Assembly (NCBI GenBank): GCA_035221665.1
Contig: CM069133.1
Location: 146,754,001-146,818,000, forward strand
Source of the DNA: Okamejei kenojei
Lineage: Eukaryota
Direction: 5' to 3'
DNA length: 64,000 nucleotides
This document shows, piece by piece, positions 51,961 to 64,000 of the stretch (the first letter of the stretch is position 1; the number at the start of each line of letters is the position of its first letter). A program made the translations under genes and the position numbers. The notes below the pieces were generated by a model. It was given only the letters and a program-made list of their open reading frames with translations, made no database searches and was not told the DNA's origin.

Positions 51961-54900
51961 AACTCCTAGCATCTCTTGCTTCGTTTGGCAAAACATGCAC
52001 CAGTTTCTAACAACAATAGAATGGATAAATCATTCTAACCATTGTTTTTATCCTAAAGCGAGTTTGTGAGAATATTTGATGTTTTTCTCACTGACACTAA
52101 CAAGGTAGCCACCCTCCGCGTAAAGCAGAAAAACCCCAGCCGTATTTGCGGCAATGTTTGCAAACATTATTATTTGTACCTGCTAGAACAATACTAATAA
52201 TACGTGAGTTAGAGTCAATAGATGTACAACTCTAACAGCGTATTTAATGGCCAAGACTAACACTAAATAAGCCGAAAGCTTCCATTTCGCTGCCATAAGG
52301 AGTCGCATAAAAGACAAAAACAAACACGGTATTATTTTAGAAATGTAGCACCTTTCAAAATTGGAACACATGTAACGCAAATAGACGTTAGTTGTGTTAC
52401 AAAACAAAAGTAGCTCAGAGCCGAACAGCACAAGAAGATATTTGAACAATGCGAATAAAGTGCACAACTGATATGGCTAAACATTCACAACATAGCCTCT
52501 GGATGTGACCTTAAAGTGCACACCAGATTAAATGAAACGTTAGATCAAAATGGTTTGATGCAATAGTAAAGCTTTCAACTTTCACAAATTGTCGATGTGA
52601 AAGTTTTTTCCGATTATTTAGCCATGGAATATGCCTTCAGAGCAGTAGTATTTTAGCAGTTGTTTTTTGAGCAAGTCCTAATCGCAAACAATGATGTTAA
52701 GATGACTTTTATAATTAGACGGTCGTTGGATCTTGTTGGAAGGACTGTCAGATACAGCTATAGGTAATTGCTTTATTGCCCACAAAACCGCCATCTATTT
52801 AGAACATATGTACTAATTACGGTGGATGGGCGTATAAACAGACACCATGAATCTATTAGGACCGAAAAACACCACTGACTGTTTAAGTTTAATCCTCCAT
52901 TTACTACTAATAAACATAGTTCCATCATCTCGCAGTAGTTGGCAAGTGATGTTTTTTTGCAGATGGGAAAAAGTTCGATGAATACACATGATCAAACTTT
53001 CCCTCTGTCCTTTTTGTTATATCCGTGTAACTATTCACTGAACCAAATTGAGCCAAATTGTTTTGAGTTAAGTGGATTCTGATGATCGATAGTTTCCATT
53101 GTTCAAGTAAAAGTTTGCAAACTTTCACTGAACACATTAATGGCAATCTTGGCTCTTCAATACCATTCTGATCAGATGGTATTTACTTTTGTGAAAGTAG
53201 CCAACCTTTCTGGTAGTGACGAGTACTTGGCTAAGTGGTCTGACACAGTAATAACTTGATATCCTTTTCTGGACATTCTTTACATTAGCTGTTATTCTAT
53301 ATAAAAAGCCTGTTTTTGCTTGTCTTCATTTCCATTGTTTCTATCAGCCCGTCAGTTGAAAATACTGTAGTGTTAAACTTGCATTTGTATGAACAGGCAG
53401 TTTGGTTATTGTGCTGTTTGATTCAGTCGTTATATTAATTGTTGAAGGTTAGGTTTAAATAGTCAATGTGAAAAGATTTTTCTTAAAAAGTTTGCAAGCT
53501 CTATATGTTTCCCGAAAAATATCTAGTACAATTGGGTTTTGTGGGACCGAGAAACAGAGGTGCGTGAGTTGTGGAAATAAATCTTAAACATATAGATGGT
53601 AGCGGGATCTTTCATGGATCCCACTATTAAGTACGTCAGATTTGAAGCGTGGCTCTGTTGCTCTGGAGCCTTTGACCGAGAATGTTTCGGGTTTAATCCC
53701 ACTCCATTTATGTAAGTGTAGGATGCAGACTGGCGCTCCACGCAGTTCAGAGGGAGTGCTGCATTTTTTGAGGTGTTCCTGAGGAGTGGACTTTGAAGTG
53801 AAGCCGTACGCGCTTTCTCAGGTAGACTTGAACATTCCAATGGCACTTCGTCGAACAAGAGCTTTGGAGAATACCTGCTACCAGACCACTGTTTATCTCT
53901 TAACCGATGTGTCAGTAACAAGAGAAAACCCGGCCACAAACACCGTACTAAGTGTGACAAGCTTGCATTGCGCAAATTGGCCTTTGTTTTTACTTCATTA
54001 ACACAGTAACCAAGTTTCAAAATGACTTCATTGACAGGAAAGGACAATGGGACGTCCCGATGCAGAAGTGGACTGCGAGTTGTTTAAAACATTCACTTCT
54101 ATATCGACTTGTTAATTGGGTGTCCATTAGTTCGGATATAATGCTGCGCATCTGCCTGAGAAGGTGACAGTTCTTGTGAATTATTCCCAAAGTGTACAAC
54201 AAAGTAAGACACAGATATCAAATACCCCCCCCCCCCTCGCTTCCACCCCCCTCCCAAAGGACTGTCACGAATCGTAAAGAACACAATCTAAAACAAAATT
54301 ATGACGATAACAAAATATTTATTGCAATATTATTTGTTTTCATTCCAAACGACAAAGTACTTAAATAATGGGGAAACTGTCGAGCATATCAGAAGCTGAA
54401 GTTAATGAGGATACTTAATAATTCTTTACCTAGACTAGTTAAACGTAGGCCATTTCTTTTGGTGCATTGTTGAATAAATAAAATAGAACATTTCCTTTAC
54501 ATAATAATCAGAATAAAATGTATTAATAATGTAATTGAATTTTCAAACTAGTAGGCATGATTAGAACCATATTATTCTAATCTGTATCTCCAACATGCAT
54601 TTAACAATTCGTGTGTGGACTTCAAGCTGATGTCATTATTAAAGTTCCTAATGCTCAATTCACATATAGCTGAAAGACTGGTCAAAGAGAGACGTGACAG
54701 AACACAATCTTACACCTATCATTCCAGCTACAGTAGTTAATTTTGTTTCAATAGATACGGTGCTGCTGATTTCTGATCACGTGACCTATAACCCGCTGAA
54801 GAATGGGCAGCATTTGAATCAATGTCAATTTTTTCCTCATTTTATGTCTTTTGAGAAACCATCGAATCTCATACAACATATTCCATCATGCAAGGAAGAT

Positions 54901-55681
54901 TGTTGACGAAATAATAATTTGAATTGTTACTGCATGAGATTAAAAAACCCCAAGGTGGTCAATGTAACCCCTTCAGGTGACATTGCTGATCATGTGAATC
55001 GATAGACTTTTGACTGATTAAAATTGCATTCAATGTTGTTTGTATGTAAGGCGCCAAACGCATCCAACCTCCTCCGTGTGCGCCTGGATTGGGGGAAGGG
55101 AACAGTCTGGCGAGCTGGAAAGCAGAAGTGGGATACAAATTATCAGTTATGCGTGTATCATTGGAGCAGAGATAATGTGTGCGTCTTTTGAGCTGAGCGC
55201 GGAAAGTCAGACCTTGGCGTAGTAAGGATGCGATGAAATATCCCACCTTGCACTGTATAAAAATCGCCGCTCTTGGTGGAAAATAAGAGCCATATGCAAG
55301 TTGTTGCATATTGATCCAAATCAAGCCAAATCCTCTTGATATGAAATGTATATACGGTTTTCTTCATGGACGTGTTTCAGTATAATGCATTAAGAGGGAC
55401 AACATTGAAGTATATAAACAAATATCGAAAACCCGTGCGTTTTGCGAGGATAGGCAGGCGTTGTAGGGAGGGCTGGACGGTGGTCGCATTCAGTTTTGAG
55501 CTCCCAGTGGAGGCAGGGAGCGAAATTGTTCCATTACCAGGTCTTTATTGCCCTCTCATCTCACATCTCAGGTGTTTGCACAGCTCCTCCTCTGAGGTTC
55601 TCCCACACAAATGACAGAAAATGTGCTTTAATGATTTTGTTGGAAGCGAAGGAAAGTCGACAGTGTCTTATTGAAATGAAA

Positions 55682-55718
55682 GGTGGGGGGGGGGGGGGGT
55701 GGTGGGGGGGGGGGTGGT

Positions 55719-55762
<44 letters not shown>
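55682..55762 (+). repeat. Long poly-G tract
   Basis: About 80 nt of almost pure G with few T; length may be unreliable. Confidence 0.9.
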
Positions 55763-55763
<1 letters not shown>

Positions 55764-57581
55764 GAGCGGGGGAGGGGGCGTGAGGAGCGGGTAGGGGTGG
55801 GTGAGCAGAGGTGGGCTCGGTTGGTGTGGAGGGGGCGGAGGCGATGGCAGAGGTGGATGGGTTGCAAAGGCAGCAAATTCGCAATGAGAATAAAGACGGT
55901 GGCGCAGCCAGCAACTCACATTTTGAATTTCAGTTCTCCTGGCGTTACAGAGCATTTTCAGACGCCGCATCGACCAAGACAGGAAACTTGCAATAAACAA
56001 AGTCTTAATATCGTGACTAAAAGTATTTTTCATTAAAAAAATGTTCTTTCTACTGAATGACGCCATTGCGCCAATTTAAGATGCATTTGGTTTAGGTGTT
56101 TTATTTTGCCAAACTCTAACGACGGTTTACAATTTAAACTCTTTTGTTCCGCAGCAATATTTCTCAGAACACTTAGTTCACACGAGATCCCCACCAACCT
56201 TCATATAACGTATTTTTAAAGTCCATCTTATTGCAAGTTTGTTGAGTATAGAATGCGAAATGTTAAAACCTTTAAAATTCACCCGACACAATAAGGGCCA
56301 AAAGGACACTAGTCTATATCTATGATCGGGTCGTGGCAACTTCTACGCTCATAAAATCGAACAGCACATACTCCCTTAATACTAGTCTGTCACTGATTGG
56401 GACATACTTAGTGAAGCAAGAACTGACAAAAATGGTTGTATTTTTTAATAATGTAGAATGGTACATAATCTTTCAGATTTTTTTCTCGAGGTCAGAAGAA
56501 TAAAGATTGGAGAGACAATAGAAACACCTTGTTAGAAAGCTCACATTTATGAATATATTAACACATCTCCAACAATTCTGGAGCAGCTGCCGATGAAATA
56601 GTATTTACGTCGCTGGCTATACCTTCAATTATTTCAACAGTAAATGATGGTGATCTCGCTCTCGGCGTCCACCAGGATCCTGTAACCCGTGCAATTAGCG
56701 CGGGTATCATATGTAACAATACACTGTGTAGTGCGTTATATGCTTTGCTTTTTATGTAAAGAACAGTAACATTTTATTTTTATATGCATAAATACAACGG
56801 CCACTTTGAGTAATGCCAATACCACTGCGATATTACCAGGACCAGGTACACGTGTCCGTTCAAACACAAATTACACTGAATATTCAGCGGGTCTCTGCTA
56901 CTAATGACGAATACCCATTTATTAACTGTCTGCATTTCCGGCTAAACAAAGTAACTTTTGTGAAATGAGACAGATCCCTCACGAACACGTACCATTGATT
57001 GCGTTGGAAAATATTGTTTCATTACGCAACTGATTTTGACATGACTCTTTTGTACTGATTCGCTCGGAGTGTAATACTGTACTTTTACAGCGTTCGTGTT
57101 TTTATATTGTTAATGGCTTTGTGGTAAACTGACCAGAAGCAACTGTATGTAATATGCATAGAACGGTTCATTTCATTCAGATTATAGTTCCATTTCCAGT
57201 ATCTTATTAAGACAGAATTATCTATCTATCCATCTTTCTGATTGATATGTAATATATGGCAAGAGGCTGAAAAGTAGGCTGTAGGGAGACAGACCATGTT
57301 TAAAATCGATATTTAATCCGTATCTGTTACAAAATATGATTCTCTTTCGCTTCGTGACACATCTTCATAAGTTAAACCCAAAGTCATAAAGATAGCGTGC
57401 ATGTTCTCTGAGCTCTTCCTGAAATATCTGTATTTGTGTAGTAAGATGGGCAGATCATTTGGGAGCCGGAGCTCTGAAATGGCAGCCTGTCGCTTGCGCA
57501 CCCACGACTAACATATAATAATCAATATTTTACAGTGTAATTGCGACTGATATTTGGGTCACATCAAACTACGGAGTCGAG

Positions 57582-57701
57582 ATGCAGAGATAAAGTTGGA
57601 ATAAATTCATTTTGGCATCAGAACAAACCAAACTGGCCAAACTACCTAAGTGTTATTTGTTTTAAATATTTTAGGTCCAAACTGTTCTAAGTACGTGAAG
57701 T
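57582..57701 (+). repeat. 120-bp direct duplication, copy 1
   Basis: Matches 59172-59291 except T57647 vs C59237. Confidence 0.95.
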
Positions 57702-59171
57702 CGGCGTTATGACCCAGAGTTATGTTTTTGCTCAATTGCATTTACGAAGGCAAAAGGATGCTTAAGTCGACTTTTCAGGACACACAATATTCTTAATTAT
57801 TTACTTTGTGAAATGGCCCCAGATTCATTAGATCACGCCAGGGTCAAGTTCTTTCTCACGTGTCCAACTAATTAAGTTTCATACTCAGTAATTTTGGACC
57901 AAGTAATAAAAGTCCATTTAGCCTTAGGTGCACATTTTGGGATCAGCATTCAACCCAATGAAATTATTAGCACTGGACAACCAACTTAGAATGTTAGCCA
58001 GCCAAATGAAATGATGCCCTAGTATTTTCTTTGCTGTATGTTGTAAGTGTCTATGGTATCCCCCAGGGCTCCTTCTCCTTGCCTGCTCCCTGATTTTGTG
58101 TATAAAAGCAGCGCTGAATGATGGATTACTGTGTCAGTGCAGCCTGCGAAGGATTAATTTGTTTCATTGATTTCTCTTTAGGCAGAATGCCAGGATTTGC
58201 TGCTTCCCACCTTTACAGGATACTTCCAGCAGTAATAGACGGTAATAGCCTAAGACAAATCAGCCTATTCTTGTAAAAATAGAACCACAAAGCCCAAATC
58301 CCCCAGTTGGCGGCAAGGATGCACCTTTTCTATTGCATTCCAAGGACATTAATAAATAAGCTGTTTTTTTTTTACATTATTAAGGATCTTTTGTTTCTCT
58401 AAAGACAATGAGATGAAAAGCTTGCAAGGCACAATCTCTGCAGGCATTCTTAGATTTGTTAAAAAAAAACTTTGGGAAGTCAGATTATTTGAAACAAGTT
58501 ACTAGCTTTGCATAGTTGTGTGTAAAACAATCCACGTGAGAAACACATTGGCTAACGTTAGATCAATGAGCAACCTATTCTTGAATATTCAAATAAATAA
58601 TGCACAGGGCAGTTTTTGAAAACAGTTGTAGTAACCATAAAAAAACCCTCAAAATAACATACAGCATATGATAACTAATATAATCACTGCATTTAGCATC
58701 ACGTGTATATATGCACAATTCTTTATAACAATATCAATGAGTTTTACTGAGCTTTTTCTTCATCTTTGCTGAAAAGGCATTAAAATAGTTAATGAATACT
58801 TTTTATATCTCACAAAATGATACCTTAATTCATGTCAATATAAAGCTCTCTCACAACTAATTAATAAACTGATTGTCCAGAAATTATTTTATGCACAATT
58901 GATTATTGACATGAAAGCTTCAATAGGTGTGTCCCTTGGAGGTGCATTGCATAAGTTACAAAATAATACATTGAAAGAACTATGGTTTATAAGATGCAGA
59001 TTAGTCAGTGCACATTATTCATTAATGTAATCATGTATGTGGTGTCTGCGTGCAGCAAAACTAGTAACTTAATTATTCACCAAACACCCCGGCCGCTCTT
59101 GGCAATAACAAAGACATCTGTGTATATTAAAGTAGCATTATATAAATTGGGTTTCTTCATAAATTTTGCTA

Positions 59172-59291
59172 ATGCAGAGATAAAGTTGGAATAAATTCAT
59201 TTTGGCATCAGAACAAACCAAACTGGCCAAACTACCCAAGTGTTATTTGTTTTAAATATTTTAGGTCCAAACTGTTCTAAGTACGTGAAGT
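59172..59291 (+). repeat. 120-bp direct duplication, copy 2
   Basis: Matches 57582-57701 with one mismatch. Confidence 0.95.
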
Positions 59292-60244
59292 TTAAACATG
59301 GAACACAAAACTATTATTACACTAGAAAGTATTTAACTTGTATTTGTTGTCGTATTTTTAAATTAATTAGTTTATTAATAGTTAATAGTTACATGTCAAA
59401 CCTCAAAGATAGTAGAAAGTCCATCCATTTTGAATAAATTAAGCATCAGAAATACTCAAAAAGAACTATACTGCCAACAGTAAACCTGAATAAACAATCA
59501 CAAATATTCAGTTACTTTGATCTAAAAGAAAAATATTCAGAACTTCCTTAGTATAGATAAATGAAAACATACGCCCCATGGCCACTAATAGCTTGCAACA
59601 AATTGGACAAATCTATCACTCATTGTGGTACACCTCGCTCATTATTTTATCTATAAAACAGCAGTTCCTAATATTTAGAAACATGTACTTTGTTTTTAAA
59701 GTTTGCTCTGTTGCCGAGTTACTGTAACCAATACCACTAAATGTATTCAAGATAACCAAAAAAAGCAATTTCTGTTTGGTAGTGTATGGATAACATACAC
59801 TAAATGTAGTGACATTTAAAAAATATACTGTCTTTGTAAATTGCCTGATCTTTAAATTCCTTTGTAATGGTTTTTTTTCTGTATTTCAGCATCAAGTTGA
59901 AGGAGAAAAACTAAATAATCAAAGTCACAATGCATTCATTTTTCTGTGCTGGGAAATATATGATTTCATCAATATATTGATCTTTACTGTACGTTTAATC
60001 ATATATCAAAAATAAATAATATATTAACTAGCATCAATAAAACTGACATACAGCAATGCTTGGAATTATAAAATGCTTAGGATTTGGAGAAGAGGCAGTA
60101 ATTTGGATCAGTGTAATTGAAGAGTACTAGAAATAAGTTGGCGTGTTTGATTGTCACTTTTAATTTTATTAATATCCCAGTAATCATATTTAAAGGACAA
60201 ATCATTGTATAGATACTTAATCAGAACAGTGGATTAATCAGAAC

Positions 60245-60314
60245 AATGGATTAATTTAAATATTGCTATTCAACCAGACCCCTGGTTGAATAGCAATATT
60301 AAAATTAATCCATT
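60245..60314. repeat. Inverted repeat, 33-bp arms with 4-nt loop
   Basis: AATGGATTAATTTAAATATTGCTATTCAACCAG-ACCC-CTGGTTGAATAGCAATATTAAAATTAATCCATT, one mismatch. Confidence 0.93.
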
Positions 60315-62108
60315 TATATCTGGCCCATTTGAATCTTAGTTGCACCATCTCAGGCCCTTTCCTTCTTTGATCAAATAATAATCAGGGTTTCATCCTACCT
60401 ATAAACCTACCTTACAAATGTTTCCTTAAGGGGCATTGAACAAAACATCTATCTTATATCAAAATAATGGCCTGCAGCATTCAGACATTCTTACATTATA
60501 TCCGTAAGATACTCACTGTTGGTCAGCCTGATTATTGGGTTACAGAAACAAAAGCATTTTTAATTTCCATTTAAATGGCTTGTATGCTTGTGTAGTTACT
60601 GGACATGAAGTGAATAATATTCAGGTTGATGGAAGTGTAAGTTCGTAGATCCATGAAAACATTTTCAGTTCTTGATGCAATTTGAATGGAAGACCTTGTT
60701 GTCATTCTCAGAAGACAATTTGGCATCAATATTTTTTCTCTAATTACCTGTTACAAAGTTTTCAATGGAAACTTGTCAGCTATTTGATCTGCAGTGTTTC
60801 TAAGACTGTTAGTGATTAACAGACTGCTGTCATTGGATAATTTTTCTGTAATCTAATTTGCTCTATATACTGTAATATATATTTTCCTAACCAAAAAGTC
60901 TTAGTTTTTAAGATCATCCTGCAGTATTTCACGTTTTCTTGCTTATAGGGCAAACAACCAACACGCTCCAAAGATCCATCCAATGAGCAAACCTCAGGAG
61001 GTTCTCAAGTGCAGCCAAGGTGACTTGCTCTCGGAATCTCGTCTCTCTCACTCTGAATGGACACAACAGCAAGGTGCTGCCTTGCTTGCACATATTCTTT
61101 TTCAAAACATCTTCTTTATTTGATTTAGTCCCATATCACGGGCATTGCAATATTTCTCAGATTGGCACAGTATCTGAGAAATTATAAATATTAATCTAAT
61201 GAGACTTTATTCTACCAGAAGCTATTTTAGCACAGTTACATCCACACATTAGTAATCGCGATGGCACCCAGACCAAATGTTTTTCAGGAAGTAGAAGTAA
61301 TCGCATCTCCTGGTGGTGAAAAAAACGTGTTACAAACTGAGTTGCTCAACAACATAACAGCATAAGATCCAAGGAACTTGACAGAATATGTTGCTTCTGA
61401 ATAAAAAATGAGATGTATATCTTGGTAGGAAAACAGGGACAGTCGCTACAATATCTACATTGCACACTATGTGAGTTTGTTACTTAATAGAATACTTGAA
61501 TTGATTGAATATCAGCTGAAACAAATTAAAAATAATTGACCATACATTGTTCAGAAATGGAAGCTTAAGTTTAGGTTAGGCATATTTATTGGGCACGACG
61601 ACTTATTTTTACTTTTACCAGGTAATTAAAATAATGCCTTCTTTATCCCATTCAAGAATATTACCAGTCGTCATGTCAGAGCTCTTTGATGTGACTCACG
61701 ATTAAGCCTCTTAAAGATGCATAATGAGAGCACTTTAGGTTAAAAAATTATTTTCCATTACATTTTTATGTTTACATGTTCAAATGGCTATTGGTGTAAC
61801 TACAGATTCAAGAAACTGATTTCACTGCCTAGCATTTCCAACATCACCCATTATTCCCTCACATTCATTATACCTTTTTATTAGTTTCCTGTAAAATATT
61901 TGGTGAAAATATGTTGTGATTACATTGATATCTCATGCAAATTTCTATAATTTTCCTTTTAATATTTTCTGTGATTTTTTTCCCCCTTTCAATAGAATTC
62001 TAAGACCACTTTATTTCTAGTTTGGTACACTCATACAACCACTTTATTTTAGATTACGCTGTCCCTCAACTGTAATTTAACCATGGTACCTAACTAGGCA
62101 AATTAAGT

Positions 62109-62207
62109 AATTTGTCTGAAGAAGGGTCTCGACCCGAAACGTCGACTATCTCCTTCGCTCCTTAGATGCTGCTGCACCCGCTGAGTTTCTCCAGCTTTTT
62201 GTGTACC
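62109..62207 (+). mobile_element. Short Penelope-terminus insertion with intact minimal hammerhead motif
   Basis: CTGAAGAAGGGTCTCGACCCGAAACGTC at 62116-62143; 15-bp duplication CTAGGCAAATTAAGT (62094-62108 and 62208-62222). Confidence 0.9.
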
Positions 62208-62839
62208 CTAGGCAAATTAAGTCCTTGATCTTCAGGGAATATACTGACATTGTACAAATAATTCTTAGACTAGTATCAATAGTTTCTTGGTGAAATGCCT
62301 GTTTTGTTAACCATTCATTCCCTTAATTAATTTATCATCTCTTTATAATTTGCCTTGAATATGCTAGATTTTGAGGTGGATAGTTTATGAATGGTTTCAG
62401 ATTGTTGTTGTCTTTGCAACGATCATAGATTTCCATCAATTTCCATTATTCAACTATCTTAAATCTTTGTTAGGGTGCTTGGGACCTATGTAAATGGGGA
62501 AAGCAATGACATGTTTTCTTACCCAATCAAATTGAATTGCAAATGGGTATTGCACTTTTAATAAAGTATATGGAATGTGAAGTGTGAACAAAAATTGTGA
62601 ACTCGATGTCAAATGGAGCACAAAAAACAACGAGAAGGAAATAAATTTTAGAACTGAGAAAAAACAAATCTAATGAAACATATTTTATTTCCCCCCATCT
62701 TTTTGAGAATTAATATATGAAGAAATAAGATTCCAAACATTTTGAAGCTAAATTCTTTGTTTCAGTCTATTCAGGATCCTACCCTCATTTGTTATGTGTC
62801 ATATTGTGCTGTATTACTGCTGCTTCTTGGACTTACAAT

Positions 62840-63430
62840 ATTTGACAAACCCATTAAATGTACTTGCAATTTCCACCTTGCCATTATTATCACATGGCCA
62901 TTCTCCAACTCTTCCTTTTCCTTTCTTGACTTATCTATCTCCATTTCAGGTGATATGCTTGTAACCAATATCCACAACAAGCTACAGACCAACCGTATTT
63001 CTTATAAAGACTTCATTTTATTCTTCCAGTTACTTCCAGTTGCATCTGTTTGAAGTTAAGATTTTCCACACCAGTATTTCTGAGATGTTTTACTTCTTCC
63101 TTAGCCTTGGCTCCATCATTGCCAGGGCTGACAGAAGCTTCTCCACACCTCTGCTCTCATCTGCTCTCCACCCAGCTCGAATAAAGATTTGTGCTTGCTT
63201 TCCATCTTACCAGTCTCACAGATTTAATGCATCACTTTCCATGAGATTACACTATGGGAGATATTTTTCCACACTTTTCATTATCTCTGATTTGATCTTC
63301 TTTACCAATCATACCACTGCAAAAACACCCATTTCCCATGCAACCACAGGAGATGCAACACTTGCCCTTTCACTTTCATTCAATTCTGTGCCATACATGC
63401 CTCAAGGTCTGACCAAGATTTATTTGAACT
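62840..63430 (+). mobile_element. Old degenerate Penelope-like RT fragment
   Basis: FHLAIIITWPFSNSSFSFLDLSISISGDMLVTNIHNK aligns by eye to FHPALKYTWTISDTSLPFLDLTISIAGDTLLTDIHYK of the 9851-11317 element; TTTCCCATGCAACCACAGGAGATGCAACACTTGCCC matches 10581-10617. Confidence 0.75.
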
Positions 63431-63801
63431 GAACTGGCTACTGCTCTTATTTTCCTTGCTATCAACACATCGTCATCTTTTTATTTACCTTCAGCCCTAC
63501 CTCTGAAAAATACTCTTTAATTTTGTTTCTTTTACTTGTCAACCTTTCATGGTATTGTCACCTCAAGCTGCTAAACAGTTCTCTGTCCTTTTACCATCAA
63601 GCTGCCCTTACCATATCATCTCACAGTTCTCTCTTGTCCCACATCTAATCGTAAAGAACTAATGTACCGTTTTTGCGCAAATAGAAAAACCACGCAAACC
63701 GAAAGAGCACAAGATCAGTTTTAGTTATGTATAGATGATATCTCTGTATTATTTGAAATGTTTGTCTGAATCTATATATAACTAAAAGTGTCATCTTGTA
63801 G

Positions 63802-64000
63802 GTATGTATGTACGTATGTGTGTGTATGTATGTATGTATGTATGTATGTATGTATGCAAGTGTGTATGTATGTATGTATGCAAGTGTGTATGTATGTATG
63901 CAAGTGTGTATGTATGTATGTATGTATGTATGTATGTATGTATGTATGTATGTATGCAAGTGTGTATGTATGTATGTATGTATGTATGTATGTATGTATG
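63802..64000. repeat. (TATG)n microsatellite with CAAGTGTG interruptions
   Basis: Direct reading. Confidence 0.95.

Noticed and set aside
55496-56066. Poly-Gly and poly-Pro ORFs
   Set aside because: Produced by the poly-G tract; low complexity, no splice or domain support
63645-63959. HTYI-repeat ORF
   Set aside because: Translation of the (TATG)n microsatellite

Overview
Vertebrate genomic DNA, most likely from a cartilaginous fish such as a skate or ray (inferred from repeat families and gene sequence). The window holds a complete three-exon NR2F1 (COUP-TFI) gene on the minus strand (CDS 46506-46062, 45338-44811, 43172-42898; 415 aa) with a TATA/DR1/CArG/CCAAT promoter. It lies tail-to-tail with the last coding exon of FAM172A/ARB2A on the plus strand (14177-14328), which the ORF track missed and which supports the NR2F1 call by synteny. 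The first 12 kb (last FAM172A intron) is a nest of decayed transposons: a DIRS tyrosine-recombinase retrotransposon, a hAT-like DNA transposon, an internally deleted Hero-like non-LTR element, CR1 LINEs and a Penelope-like element. About 18.4-58 kb is a nearly TE-free, CpG-retaining domain with candidate conserved enhancers and CTCF-like sites. The most unusual observation is a complete set of hammerhead ribozyme core motifs in a non-circularly permuted strand order in the 3' UTR of the Hero-like element (2951-3015, minus). Penelope termini also carry minimal hammerhead motifs.
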